Positions 39,591-51,900 of a stretch of DNA of 64,000 bases are shown here, piece by piece. Under the pieces are notes generated by a model, which saw only the letters and a list, made by a program, of their open reading frames with translations, was not told where the DNA came from and ran no database searches. The translations under genes were made by a program, and so were the position numbers. Origin of the DNA: the human T2T-CHM13v2.0 reference genome, Homo sapiens; the NCBI RefSeq assembly GCF_009914755.1, contig NC_060932.1. The stretch is one strand, 5' to 3'. Every line of letters begins with the position of its first letter. The stretch's first letter is position 1.

Positions 39591-41869
39591 TCAATAGTTC
39601 TTTAACCAACCTCAAAATAGATAACTCTAAAGTTCTTTCATCTTGAAATTGTCTTGATTTTTTTTCACTGTAAGCACGATCCTAGGACTGAATGCCTATC
39701 TTTATAGACTCTGCTCCAGAAATTCATTCGTGTTTTGTCATTAGTGGATCAATGCCTTAATAACATTTACCTAGGTGTCTTGGAATTGAATCAGAGGACA
39801 CTATTGGAGTTTTTCATCTTAAACTCCTTTCCCATAAGTATGCCTGCAGGTGACCACAGAAGAGACCATGAGGAAAAAGTGGAAGCTGTGATTTCCACCG
39901 GTATTGGTGGGGGATGGAGAGAGAGTGACAGGTACATCATTTGATTGTTATAACCTGTAAGCTGCAAATAATAATATCTGGCAAACTACTAGCTTTTAAA
40001 GTAATTTCCATCCTGTGGAAAATTGAGGAATAAATATTAAAGATGATGTCTCTGAGCATCTTTCCCCCTGGAGGTCACTGACCATGGAAATGATATGGTT
40101 GGCTGAATATTTAGATGAGACAGGGTACCCTACTCAAGTGGCAGAGGATTGATCCAAGACTCCATTTATTCCCACAAGCCTTTCCTTGTCCTAACTTCCT
40201 TCAGGGACATGAGGATACTTTAGGGAATGATCTCATACAGAGGCAAAGAAAGTGATTTCCTGACTGATGTGATTTACCCCCTAACTTTCCCCACAGTTGC
40301 TCCATGAAACCTAAAATGTTGTCATTAGAGGCACCACTTTAGTTGGAAAGACAGCACTGTAAAGTGAAAAGATCATGTTATGTCATTAAATGTTCTTTGC
40401 AAATATGACATTTAATAAATGCATAATATTCCATTGAATATTTGTATTATTGAAAATTAAGGTTATTTCCATTTTCTACTGCTTTAATGCTGCACTAATT
40501 TAATACTTTTATATATACATCTCTATAAAAATCTATTATTTACTTAGAAGCGTATTCTAAGAGTAGATTACTCGGTCAAAAGTTCTAAAGCTGGTGGAGA
40601 TGTGCATTGTTAAAAATTTTTGAGTAACTTTTTTCCAACCTCTACAATTTTCAAACTTTTCAAATACTTTGCATATGGGTTGCTGTTAAACCAAGTCCTC
40701 CCTACCCCCTACTTGTACCATTGGTTTTTTGTGCCTGTGTTCATTTAGCACATCGGGTTACCCTTATTACCCTTGTTAAATGCACTCTTACCAGTGTGAG
40801 CCCATCACCATAATTGCCCTTTAGAGTTTTGCTATGGCCTCAAACATATGATCTCCCCCTCCCAACATTGGGTCAAAACTAAGTATGTCTTCTAAGCCTC
40901 TAGCTGGATCATAGTTGAGGCACACCACATGAAGCCTCTTTCTAGGTGGAAATGAATCCATTAATAGAGCACAAATGTTCACCCAGCTCCACATCTATAT
41001 CAGTACGTTGTGAGTAACAGACTGTCCATAAGGGTGCCCTTGAAAATCATTTCTGACAGCCCCTTGCACATCATTTCAGTGACGGCATCAGTAATGGAAA
41101 ATTACCTGACACAGGGTTGCATTGGCTCCTGGGAATTACTATTTCTTTTATGTACATTACCACCACTTCCTCCCGCATGTACACATACAAATCTGCAGAA
41201 TACTATGTCATAGCATGTTTCTGGGCAGGAAGTGATGTCCACTCAGAGGGTATGATAGTTAAACTCAAGACATGAATAACAAGGAGGGTCAGTCACAGGA
41301 ACATTGCGGGGAGAGCGACATCAAGGTTGAAAACTCGCAGTCTCCCAGGACCAGGGCAGAGGACACTGCAGGACAGCGAGTGGTGGGTTTGACAGAATGG
41401 AAAACAAGGCCTGAAAGCTGTGGCAAGAGGAGCCGAGAGAGATACCATCTGGCCAGAGCTGACAAAGAAGTAGAGTGGAAGCAGCAAGCAGTGGGTGGAT
41501 GCTGTTTTTATGACATTTTCTTCAAGTGGTTTTGAGTTCTGTTCTAAGATTTTGTTCTCCTTCAATCCAGAAACAAATCAGAATTTGTTTTTCTATTACT
41601 GATGATGTTACATGTCATCTATTTGTTTATTCCTTTTTAGTTTATGCCAGAAGGATTCTTTCCAACTCCAAACATGGGGGAGTATTTGTGTGTACATGCA
41701 CGTGTTCTTTAAGAACATGTGTATGCCACCCAAGGTCTGGCGGAAGAAGATTTGCAAGTCAATGTTGAAGCATTACAGGAGACCAGAGCTGTCCCTGGCA
41801 CCTCTCTGTGAAATGGAAGCGTCAAGTGGGGCTTTGCCAAATTTGGCCAAAGTGCCTCCTATTACTAAT

Positions 41870-41960
41870 GAACAAGAGTTTTGGAGTCAGGAGACAAGGG
41901 TTCAAATCCTAGCTCAGTCACTGTGACCTTGACCAGCTTACTTCACCTCTGCCTCAACTA
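41870..41960 (+). mobile_element. MIR fragment
   Basis: TTGGAGTCAGGAGACAAGGGTTCAAATCCTAGCTCAGTCACTGTGACCTTG. Confidence 0.75.
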
Positions 41961-43808
41961 TCAAACAAAAATTCTCTGGAAGAGTCTAATAAACCCACTC
42001 CTATGCCACCCTAGTCAATAGAAGTATACTGTCTGCTATAGCAGAAATTTGAGTCATTGTTCTAAAACTCTCCTTCCACTCATATCCCACCCCTATTTTC
42101 ATCCTGATGAGACCTACTTGAGTCCTTCCCCCTAGTTCTGAGCTCTGGATTTCCTACCCTGTACTGGATGATGCTCTGTCCACCCCCAGGCTCCACTATC
42201 TTCTTGGTTCTTCTAGGCAGATGCACCAATTCTTAGGAGCTAGGGTGTAGGCACCCCTCTGGCAGAATGCAGCAGGACAAAGGAGCCCTGGCTGTGTGCT
42301 AGCTATCACTTGAGCAGAAGTCCAGACTGTGTATGCCAGAAAGTTTTCATATGCTTCCTGGACTCTTTCTGTGTCTTTATCTCTTGCTCAACTTACTATT
42401 TATTGGAGGTTTGGAAGATTTCACTGTGGCTCAGCTGTGCTCTGAGCACAGAAGTGGAGTTCTAGCCAGGCATAAACTAGAGCATTGAAGACAGGACAGC
42501 AGTGCCTTGGGACTGGTGGTGGAGCAATATTTACTCCCATTCTTTGAGTTCTACTTTAGGCATTTCTCTGACCCACCCTAAGCCTCAACCTCCACCTCCA
42601 CCTTGAGGAAACTCAGGAGAGAAAGCCAAGGATCCAATGAGTGGGATGGGGTGAGGCCACTGAGTTTCTTGGCAGCCTCAGGACACCCACATTTTCTGCA
42701 AATCTATGTGATTAATTCAGAAGAGTACCTGACTCTCTGCCCCTGTGGTGGGAAGGCCTGAAGGTTGGGCTGGACAAGTTAAATTTGGTGGGAGTGGAAG
42801 GAGTAGGAAACTCAGTTTGTCATAGCCACAGATTCCAAACCCACCTGTTCATTTATAGACCTGATATTTTTATCTTCATTTCTCTGACTCTTGCATGTCA
42901 CCTCCTGATCTATTCCAAATTTGAAGGATATACAGGTGTTGTCTGTCATCCTTCTTAAAGTTCCGCATGTTAAAGATTTGTGTGGAAGCTTCAGAGATAG
43001 TCATTGGAATTGTCATTTGGAGCCCCAAATAGTGCAGAGAGACACCGTTTCTAGCACAACCAAGTTGGAGGCTTTGGTGCTTCAGAAAACCTTGGTCTTA
43101 CAGGATTTTCACCTGTGGTTTGCAGCATTTTCTACTATGGCTTTTTGTGTGACTGTTAAATGACAGCAGCCAAAGACTATTGGTGAACCTTGATCCTGGA
43201 GTCTTGCTGGCTGATTCTGACTAGAAGAGTACCACTGAGGCAAACATCAACTTATAGGAACAGGAGTCTTTCAGGCTCAGGGAAGGCCTAGCTCAGTGCA
43301 GGCAGAGCTTCAGTTTATGGGCTTTTTAGTCTGCAGTGGGAGGAAATATATATATGGTTCTTTTACCATATTTCTTAGCAAGAACTCTAAGCCAGGACTT
43401 AAAATTGGAAAAGCTACAAAATTCCACATGGATGACAGAGGCACTAATAGATGAGGATTAGACCTTAAAATGGAAATGCTGAGGCTAAATGAATCAGCTG
43501 CCCCACGCATGTTCTGCGAATCAGTTGCACCCTCACACGGATACGTTAGTCCAGGCTGTGATTTGGATTTCAGAGTCCCAGATTGTTGCTCCACCCACTA
43601 ACCAGTGATGGATTCATCTGTGCCAAAAGGAGGAGCAGAGCCCTGTAGGGCATAGGGTTAATGTCAATGTCTCAGGTTGAGTTAGAAGACAATGTAATAA
43701 CAATTTCACAAAGCTGATAGACAATAAAGATACTAAAAAGTTCTGTGTATAGGAACCTTTCCTTCTAAAATCATAGAATAATTCAACTGTTTGATAATAA
43801 ACACCAGA

Positions 43809-43886
43809 TTTATTGTCAAGCAGGAAAGAAAAATGAGGTTGATCATTTTTCTTTATTGTCAAGCAGGAAAGAAAAATGAGGGTGAT
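43809..43886. repeat. 35-bp direct repeat with inverted spacer
   Basis: TTTATTGTCAAGCAGGAAAGAAAAATGAGG at 43809 and 43852; spacer is the reverse complement of part of the unit. Confidence 0.92.
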
Positions 43887-46629
43887 GAAAACCCAGGGAA
43901 AATGCAGGTGATTTTTGCAGTGTTTGAGATCTGGGTCAAGTCTAGATAGCCAAGAAGGTTAAGTCCCAGAGGACAAGCTGGACAGGTGTGAAAGGAGGCA
44001 AAGATGTACCTAGGCCCAACATTCTTAAAGATGGAGCCAATGGGAAATAAGTGGTTTTGTTGTTACTAGGTCATAGAAAGCAGTAGGAACCAAATAAATC
44101 TAATAAAAAGAGAGTCAAGAACTGAGAGAGAAAACCAGAGTGACTCTTAGAAAAGGACTCTAGGTCCAATAAAGTGTTTAGAATATAATTCCCGAAGTTC
44201 CAGGTACAGACCACAGTTGGGGAAATTTCTTGGACTCCAGGATAGCCATGCCAAGTGGTTACACAGGTCTGAGAGGGGTAAACTGAGGCAGCTGGCACTA
44301 TTAAGTAAGCTCAGGTGGAAATGGTGTAGAGAAATGTGCCCTGAGGGTGAAAATCAAAATAATTTATGGAATTGGGACCTAGGGAAGAGGTCGTCATGAT
44401 AGGAATACTAGAAAGTGATCAAAAATTACTTCAAGGCGTAGGCCACCTGTTGGCCTGATGGAGGAACCTTTTTTAGAAGGGATGCAAAATTCAGGAGGGT
44501 GCATCTGGTCAAGAGTTGTTCGAACTATGGATGATTCTGGAAGGCCCAGCTCTCCTTGACTTCATTGTTTTTGCTGTGCTGTACTCACAGGAGAAAATGT
44601 AGACGATGCTTGAAAACCAAATTCCCTTGTCAGTAAGACAGCCAATGAAAAGAAAAAGGAAAGGAAGAATTTCAGCCAAGAAGGCATAAAAGGAAAGGAA
44701 TCCATTTAAGATTAAATATGTTAAAAGTTCAGCCAATCAATTTTGAAGCGAGTTTAGAAACAAGGAGAAAGTGGACCATCAGAGGCACATGCCATAACTG
44801 CAGGGAATGCATGAGAGAGGGCATATTTAGCTGCTACTGAAGTCATACCAATTACCCAGACCTGAACAATTGCAGAGCTAGGGAAAAGCAAAGCTCTGGG
44901 CATGAGGCCATGGCAGAGGCACCAAAACTCCCCAGGCCTGTAGGTTCAGAACTTCAGAAGCCTAACCTGCATCTCCAGCTGAGGAATCTGCTAAGGATGC
45001 TTCTGCAGCTGCAACCAAAGGATGTCACAGTGGAGGCAGGGGTGCAGCCACTGCAGCTCAAGCCTGGACAGAGCTCACACTCCTCGTGGCAGAGTGGGAC
45101 AAGGTTATCCCAGAACTAACAAGAGGGATGAAAATGAAGAGTCTGAAAGCAAAGCAGCATGAGAAAGTAGAGAGTCTTAGGAGGTGGCCTGCAAAAGAAA
45201 ACACACCACGGGAGTATCTCAACTTTACAAGCAGACAGAAATATCTCAGGTGCCACCTTCCAAGAGCAGAGGCAGTGTGTATAGGGGGGGTACAGTTAAC
45301 ACAGCCCCAAAGTTAACCTCCTAATGGGAGAGTTATTTGCTCACAGCTAAGGAATCTGGATAACTGGCTTAGACTTGTCAATATCCAGAAACCAAGTATT
45401 TCTTCACTTTCCCTAAGATATCCCTGAGATTTTCTTCTGGTCTTTGACAACAGAGATAATATAGTCTAGATTAGGAACAAGGCCCTGGGAATATCACTTT
45501 TCTAGGGATAACTAGTACAGGAGTTAGGATTTTCTAAATTGATTGTGGGGTGGAGGTTGGGAACAGTTGGGGGAGATTGGCACTGTGATGTTGTTGTTTT
45601 AACTATTTAGACTTCTTAAATGGTAAGACACATTTAAGAAGATAGTCAGGTTTCAATGAACGTGGTGGACTATATGGGCGTATACCCATTCTAGTGAAAA
45701 GTTGCCGAGGAGCAAGCCCAGGTAGGCTGGTGCCAGAGTGTTCAGGTGTCCAAGTCACCTCCCTTGCAGGGTCTTTATGTCACCATTTAATCTCAGTGCA
45801 GAACATCTGGGGGTTTCCATTGGACAAGATGCTGGAGTGAATAACAGAGAGTAAATATTTTTGCCTAGAGTTCAGGGAACCTCACTTTGGGTATTCTGTG
45901 GAAAAGGTTAAACTTCTACCAGCAGTCCCAGGAGGAAGAAGAAAGAAGAATTTGGGGGAACCTATAAAGATGGGGACAGTGCTTTCAGATCTCCTCCTCC
46001 AAATGTGAGAGCTGCAGCCCTGTCTGATCATCTCACTGGATCTGGAGGACAAGGAGTCTTCAGTAACTGTTCGAGGGAAAAGCATTCCCCTTTTGGATCA
46101 AACATGCACTTCCAGCTGCTCTCCAGGTACTTAGTTTTCTGCCCAAGACAGAAGAGAGATTTATCTAATTGGGGAGACTGAGTGGAGGCAACGGGCATCT
46201 TGTTCCTCTGTTGGGGAACCCTGCCAGGTCAAATGCTGCTCTTGCAATTTGAGATTTTCAAGTTCAGTTCAAAGGGAGATAGATTAAGAAGCCCAGGTAT
46301 GTTCACACAGCTAATGTCCATTCTTCAATCCTGCTTTTCCATAATAAAACTTTATTTTTAAATCTCTCAATTTGCCAACTGTTGTGAACTGAAGTGATGT
46401 TATGGATTCTGCCATCTCAGACCTCAACAGTAACTTAGTGAGTATCAGAGATAATATCAGAGATTGTGGAGGGACCTCAGGAAAAGTGGAACTCTGCGGA
46501 TGAGCTAGTGCTGCTTGCCTCACGTGCTTCCACACCCCAAGACTACTTTCCTCCTTCCAGTACTCCAGACCCTCTGTGATCTGATATGCTGAGAGACATT
46601 CCCCTTACACAGAATGATATCCCATGATA

Positions 46630-46850
46630 ATTTATCAATATGTCAGGTACAAGGCTACATGCTTTGTTTGTGCCATCCTACATGAATCCTGTGAGGAGGT
46701 TCTATTTTTATCCCCATTTTATAGACAAAGAAACTGGCTCAGAAAAGTCACATGACTTGTCCATGGTTAGGATAATAGCAGGCAGCAGAGTTGAAGATTC
46801 AGCCCTGGCACTGTCTGACACAGAGCTTATGCCACTCCATTCTAGGGCCT
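46630..46850 (-). mobile_element. MIR SINE
   Basis: TATCCCCATTTTATAGACAAAGAAACTGGCTCAGAAAAGTCACATGACTTGTCCATGGT. Confidence 0.75.
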
Positions 46851-47019
46851 TTCCTGACACTTCATAGAGGCAAGGATGAGGTCTATACCCTAACCTCCAA
46901 AGTAACTTCCACAGGACTTTCAACCAATATTGAAAAGGTGGCAGTGAAATTAAAAACAATGAAGAAACTCCCATGTTGTCCAGGGCATGGGCAAACAGGA
47001 GCTCATATATACTACTGTA

Positions 47020-47400
47020 GGCATTTAAGCACAATCTTTACAGAACTCAATTTATTGATGAGTAGGAATTTGTTCTAGGAAAATAATTATAGCAGTACAC
47101 AAAGATATATGTGCAATGCAGTTCTCTAAAACATTATTTGTAACAGTTAAAAAATGCTTTAAACAACCTAAATATCCATCTCCAGGAGGACTGGTTAAAT
47201 GCATTAGAGTAAATGTATCTGATGCACTGCACTGTGACCATTTACAATGATAATATAGATCTATATGTATTGACTCGGAAATATGTTAACTGAAAATGGC
47301 AAGTAACACAACAGTATGCATAATAGCATCTCGCTTCTCCAAAAAAACAAAAAAGTGTAAGTGAGTCCACATAAAAAAGACTAAGGACCCAGAAATCAAA
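47020..47400 (+). mobile_element. L1ME-like 3' fragment
   Basis: AAACAACCTAAATATCCATC...GGACTGGTTAAATGCATTAGAGTA. Confidence 0.65.
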
Positions 47401-47439
47401 TCTCAGCAGTGAGGTAGTCTGCTCAGTGGTAATGAAGGA

Positions 47440-47655
47440 GGGCTGTAGCCAGGGGACCTAGATCCCTCTCAGTTCTTGCTCGTGACCATGGACAAGTTCC
47501 TGAACCCTCTCAGCCTCAGTCTCCTCATCTGAAAAGTGGAGATTGCTGTTGCTGTTCTTATCTTTTGCTGTTGACTTAAAGATTAGATGAGATGGTGCAT
47601 GTCAAGTCTCAGCATAGACTATGGCACATTCTAGATACTTAGCACATGGCAGCAG
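47440..47655 (+). mobile_element. MIR SINE
   Basis: GTGACCATGGACAAGTTCCTGAACCCTCTCAGCCTCAGTCTCCTCATCTGAAAAGTGG. Confidence 0.75.
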
Positions 47656-47677
47656 TCTTGATATTTATGGGGGTACC

Positions 47678-48020
47678 TGTTCTAGTTATCTAGTGTGGTA
47701 TAAGTAAATCCCCCAAAACTAAGTGGCTTCAAGCGATAACCACTTCGTTACGTCTCACAAAGTCAATGGGTCCCAAATTTGGGCAGGGCTTGGCTGATTC
47801 TTTGCTCTCTGTAGCATTGCTGGGGTTATTTAGAAGTGCTTGGTTGGTGGATGTGCTGGTTGGAGCACCCAGTGTCATTTCACTCCCGAGTCTGACACCT
47901 TGGTGTGGATGGCTGGAAGCCTGGGCTCAGCTGAAACTCTTGATTGGAGTACCGATCTTTGGCCTCTCTAGTATGATGGCCTCAGGGTAAATGGACCTTT
48001 TACATGGGGCTGGCTTCCCT
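47678..48020 (-). mobile_element. MLT1-family LTR fragment
   Basis: CCCCAAAACTAAGTGGCTTCAAGC...AAATTTGGGCAGGGCTTGGCTG...GGATGGCTGGAAGCCTGGGCTCAGCTG. Confidence 0.75.
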
Positions 48021-48619
48021 TAAAAATACCGTTGTTGTCATCTTTGGAAAATATAATCTGCCACAGAACCTATATCTTACATCTCAGTGTTTTGCAGATA
48101 TAAAATATACACATCAATAATATAAAGTATATCTCTATAGACAGAGCTTTAGGAATAACTTTATATAACTGAACACAAATAGAGACACGTATAAAGATAA
48201 GTATACATTCTGTAGCAGAATTGCCTTGGCTGAGGAGGCAGGCCTGTTGCATGTGAAGTCTGAAATGTTTGTGCAGAAAAGCGATGGAAAGAAGAAGGAG
48301 ACGCTCGCTTGTATATATAGCGTAGGTTTTGCCCTTTACAATAAAATGATGTATTTCACTTTGCTTCCCCTGTTGCTATGGTATCTGTCACCTTATTTAT
48401 AACTGTGTCTGTTCGGTTGCATCCATATACTTGAGAAGCTTCTCTGCTCTAAGAAAGAACCACAGCAAGCATGGGGGGTGCACTGGGGTGGGGCGGGGGG
48501 TGTGGTCAGGATGCTCTTGCTTATGCTGTTTCTCTGCTCTCCCTGAGTTGCCTCTCCAGTTCCCCACAGCCCTTAGGCAGAGGGGTCTTGCATGCATCCT
48601 GCACTCCCCACAACTGGTC

Positions 48620-48720
48620 ATGCATGTCAGAATTGAGGTCTGCCCTGAGCTCTCTGTTACATTGCTAGCTGTGTGACATTGGGCAAGTTACTCAGTCTCT
48701 CTGAGCCTCCCTCTTCTCTT
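48620..48720 (+). mobile_element. MIR fragment
   Basis: CTAGCTGTGTGACATTGGGCAAGTTACTCAGTCTCTCTGAGCCTC. Confidence 0.8.
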
Positions 48721-48959
48721 CTGTCTTCCCTTGGTAAAACAAGAAGCCTTTAGCAAAACTTACTAAGGCCTCTTTCCAATCTACCACCCTACATGGTTCT
48801 CTCAATTTCTGGAGAAACCTGATCCCTTTCCACTTGATGGCCTTCGCCTACCTGCCCTCCTCTGCCTGTTAGATTCTTCTTCTGCTCCTCATCATCCTTA
48901 ATGTCACTTCTTCTGAGGAGCCTTCCCTGATCTGCCCATCTGTCGCAGATGTACTCAGT

Positions 48960-49395
48960 GCTCCACCTTTAGGCTCCCATTTCCTTAGATCAGATTCTTG
49001 GCAGTCTTTGGCACACTGGCTTCCTGCGTGTATTCACTTTCAACAGCCGGCGCCGGAACCTCTTCAGCCTCAGTCTGCTCTCTGGTTCCCAGAAGCCACC
49101 TTGTCTGAATGCAAGGGCTTGGGGATGTTTGTTCCCAGGGCTGAAGGGTGCAGAAGTGTACCTGCTTCAGCACCCTCATTCAATCAGGAAAACTCTGCCC
49201 TATCCTATGTCCAGAGCTCCCCTGTTGATTGACAAGGATTTGGCTTGCATTCACTCACTTACTCGTTTCCTTCCCTTCTCCATTACACCCACCATCCCAC
49301 TTCCCCACTCACCAGGTTGCCCTGAGAAGACTTCATAACACAGGGCTGTCACTCATAAGCTCTTCTCAGGGTCACCTTCTGGGAAACCCATCGTG
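48960..49395 (+). mobile_element. LTR16-like LTR
   Basis: CCAGAGCTCCCCTG...TTCCTTCCCTTCTCC...CACTTCCCCACTC...TCTCAGGGTCACCTTCTGGGAAACCCA end. Confidence 0.5.
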
Positions 49396-49829
49396 AATCA
49401 CTCTCTGAACTAGCTGAACTAGGTCCCTCTGCAGTGCTGCCTAACTCTGCATCCTTTTTGTTTCCAGGACGCCAGGCACATAGCCCAATCCATATGCATT
49501 TTTTTAACTTTATAAATCTCTCTCAGCCCCTCTAGGCTGTGTGTTTTGTGAAGGCAGAGGCTATTTTTATCATGTGTACTATTTTGTGACATGATGTAGT
49601 TTTTGGAACAGGAAATGTATGCAACAAATGTGTTAAATGAAAAAATTAAAGAATAATAGAACGATTATCTTTTTATGATGACCACCTGGGCAACTTCATC
49701 TTTGTTCTCCTTGCTGCCTAAGATATCCTCCCTACCATGCTTCCATCTAAATTCTTTTACTAATTACAACCAGTAAATAGATGCTTGGAAAATGTCCAAT
49801 GCCACTATTAATTTACAAAAGCAAATTAA

Positions 49830-49995
49830 CATTAAACCAAACATATAAAGAACTCTTATAGCTCAATACGAAAAGGACAACCCAATTAAAAATGGGTAAA
49901 GGACATAGGTTGACATTTCTCCAAAGACATACAAATGGCCCATAACTCTATGAGAATATGCTCAGCATGACAGTCATCAGGACATGCAAACAAGA
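49830..49995 (+). mobile_element. L1M ORF2 3' fragment
   Basis: ACAACCCAATTAAAAATGGGTAAAGGAC...CATTTCTCCAAAGACATACAAATGGCC. Confidence 0.75.
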
Positions 49996-50249
49996 CCAGG
50001 CCTGTAAAGAAGACTGCTGGGATGTGGGTGCATAGGATGTTCTACTCTGTGCTTCCAAATTTTCTGTAATGTTGATATATTCATTTTATACTTTTAAAAA
50101 TATCCTGTAACTTCTCAAAGCTCAGTGCCAGTCCCAACTTCCATTTGACACCCATCCAGAATAATCCCCCATGCTACATTGTTCTCTCACTTTTCCAAAT
50201 TTTTAGGTGATTTATGGCTTATATGACATGATCTGGCTTGTAGTTAAGA

Positions 50250-50450
50250 ATAATGATATTGATACCTATCATTTATTGAGTGCCTTCCAGAAGTCAGACA
50301 CTTGATATAGAATATCTTACTCAATCTTCTCAATACCCTAAGTATGTAGGTACTTTTATACTCCATTTCTGGATGAAGCAATAAAAGATGAGAGAAGTAA
50401 AGTAACTCATCCGAGGCCATACATCTGTTAACAGTGGAGCTCTGACACGT
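50250..50450 (-). mobile_element. MIR SINE
   Basis: ATCATTTATTGAGTGCCT...CAATCTTCTCAATACCCTAAG...AGTAACTCATCCGAGGCCATACA. Confidence 0.75.
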
Positions 50451-50554
50451 TCCTGGGCTCCCTGGACCCTTCCTCTTTAGCAGCCCACCAGTGGCAGCTC
50501 CAGCGTTTCTACAGGACAGACAGTAACAGACACCTTTGGCGCCTGTCCACATGC

Positions 50555-51000
50555 TATTAGTGCTTGTCTTCCCCACTGGAAACTTTTTGTTCCAAGGGGG
50601 TGGGACTCTCTGGCTGAGGGATTCCTCTGGACTCAGAGCATGGCCCCGCTATGCAGAGGGTGGGCCAGAAGTATGGAGGGTGAAGAATTCCAGGAGAGGC
50701 CCTCGACCCGAGTGAATTGGAGTTGGTGGATAAGTACCCCAGCTTCCTCGCCCCTTGGGTAGAATACACCAGAGACATGTTCTGCCTAGTCTCCCAGAAG
50801 TCCCCATGGGATTGGGCTTCAGTTGCCCACAGCAGTGCCCTGCTCGCGGATGCACCATGTGTTAGCTTCCTTCTCTTTCTTTGGGCCCCTCCCCATGACT
50901 GCTTCCTTGTATTCACTTCCAAAAAGAAAAAAAAAAAAACACCTACTTGTGTCCACATATCCTTGTGTCCAGGTCTGTCTAGGGGAACTCAACTTAGACA
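50555..51000 (+). mobile_element. LTR16C-like ERVL LTR
   Basis: GGAGTTGGTGGATAAGTACCCCAGCTTCCTC...TCTCCCAGAAGTCCCCATGGGATTG...CAGTTGCCCACAGC; ends GGGGAACTCAACTTAGACA. Confidence 0.75.
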
Positions 51001-51065
51001 AGGGCCGTGAGGAGGGACTTACATCTGGAAGGAAAGTGGGTCTAGGAGCCTTGCCCTGATGCAAC

Positions 51066-51360
51066 TTTTTTTTTTTTTTTTGAGATGGAGTCTCTCTCTG
51101 TTGCCCAGGCTGAAATGCAGTGGCACGATCTCGGCTCACTGCAACCTCTACCTCCTGGGTTCAACAATTCTCCTGCCCCAGCCTCCCAAATAGCTGGGAT
51201 TATAGGCATGTGCCACCACACCCAGCTAATTTTTGTATTTTTAGAAGAGACAGGGTTTCACCTTGTTGGCCAGGATGGTCTCTGTCTCTTGACCTTATGA
51301 TCTGCCCATCTCGGCCTCCCAAAGTGTTGAGATTACAGGCATGAGCCACCAGGTCCAGCT
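51066..51360 (-). mobile_element. AluS (Sc-like)
   Basis: Poly-T then antisense Alu with GGCCAGGATGGTCTC...TCTCTTGACCT. Confidence 0.95.
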
Positions 51361-51729
51361 GCAATGTTTACTTAGTTTTAAATGTTATTATTGGGGGTGG
51401 CCTCAGGGGAAGGCTAGTAAAGATTGTGGGTGAGGGGCAAGGCAGCCATAAATCTCTCCTGATTATCTGCTGCAAACCAGCCTCAGATACTCACACTATG
51501 AGCACCTGCTGTTGTCGCCTGCCCCTCAGCACCTGGCACAGTTCTGACCACCTAGGAGTTATTAAGCACTTGTTTACGGGTTTCACATGCCGACCTTATT
51601 TTGCTGAACTGCTGGCTACTTTTAGGATAAGAAAGAAGACTGCAAGTTGAGAAATCACATCTCCAAGACTCAAAGGGTCCTGTCATGTGGAAATGCAGAT
51701 CTGCTCTCCCAGCAAGCCTGGTTGGGCAT

Positions 51730-51900
51730 CCTCAATCTTCTGCTTCCAAGCTGTGTGACCTCGGGTAAGTCACTTGGCATCTCTGAGCCTCAGTCCCCAA
51801 TTGTGTGATGGGAACATAACAGTGCCTAAGTGAGGGAGTGAGTCTGGGGACTGAAGGGGAAATTGGCATGAAGGGAGTGCTCAGGATTGGTGTTCACAAG
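51730..51900 (+). mobile_element. MIR SINE
   Basis: AGCTGTGTGACCTCGGGTAAGTCACTTGGCATCTCTGAGCCTCAGT. Confidence 0.75.

Noticed and set aside
39850-39931. Possible 82-nt exon (CAG/G ... CAG/GTACAT)
   Set aside because: Weak polypyrimidine tract and weak donor; no partner exons identified.
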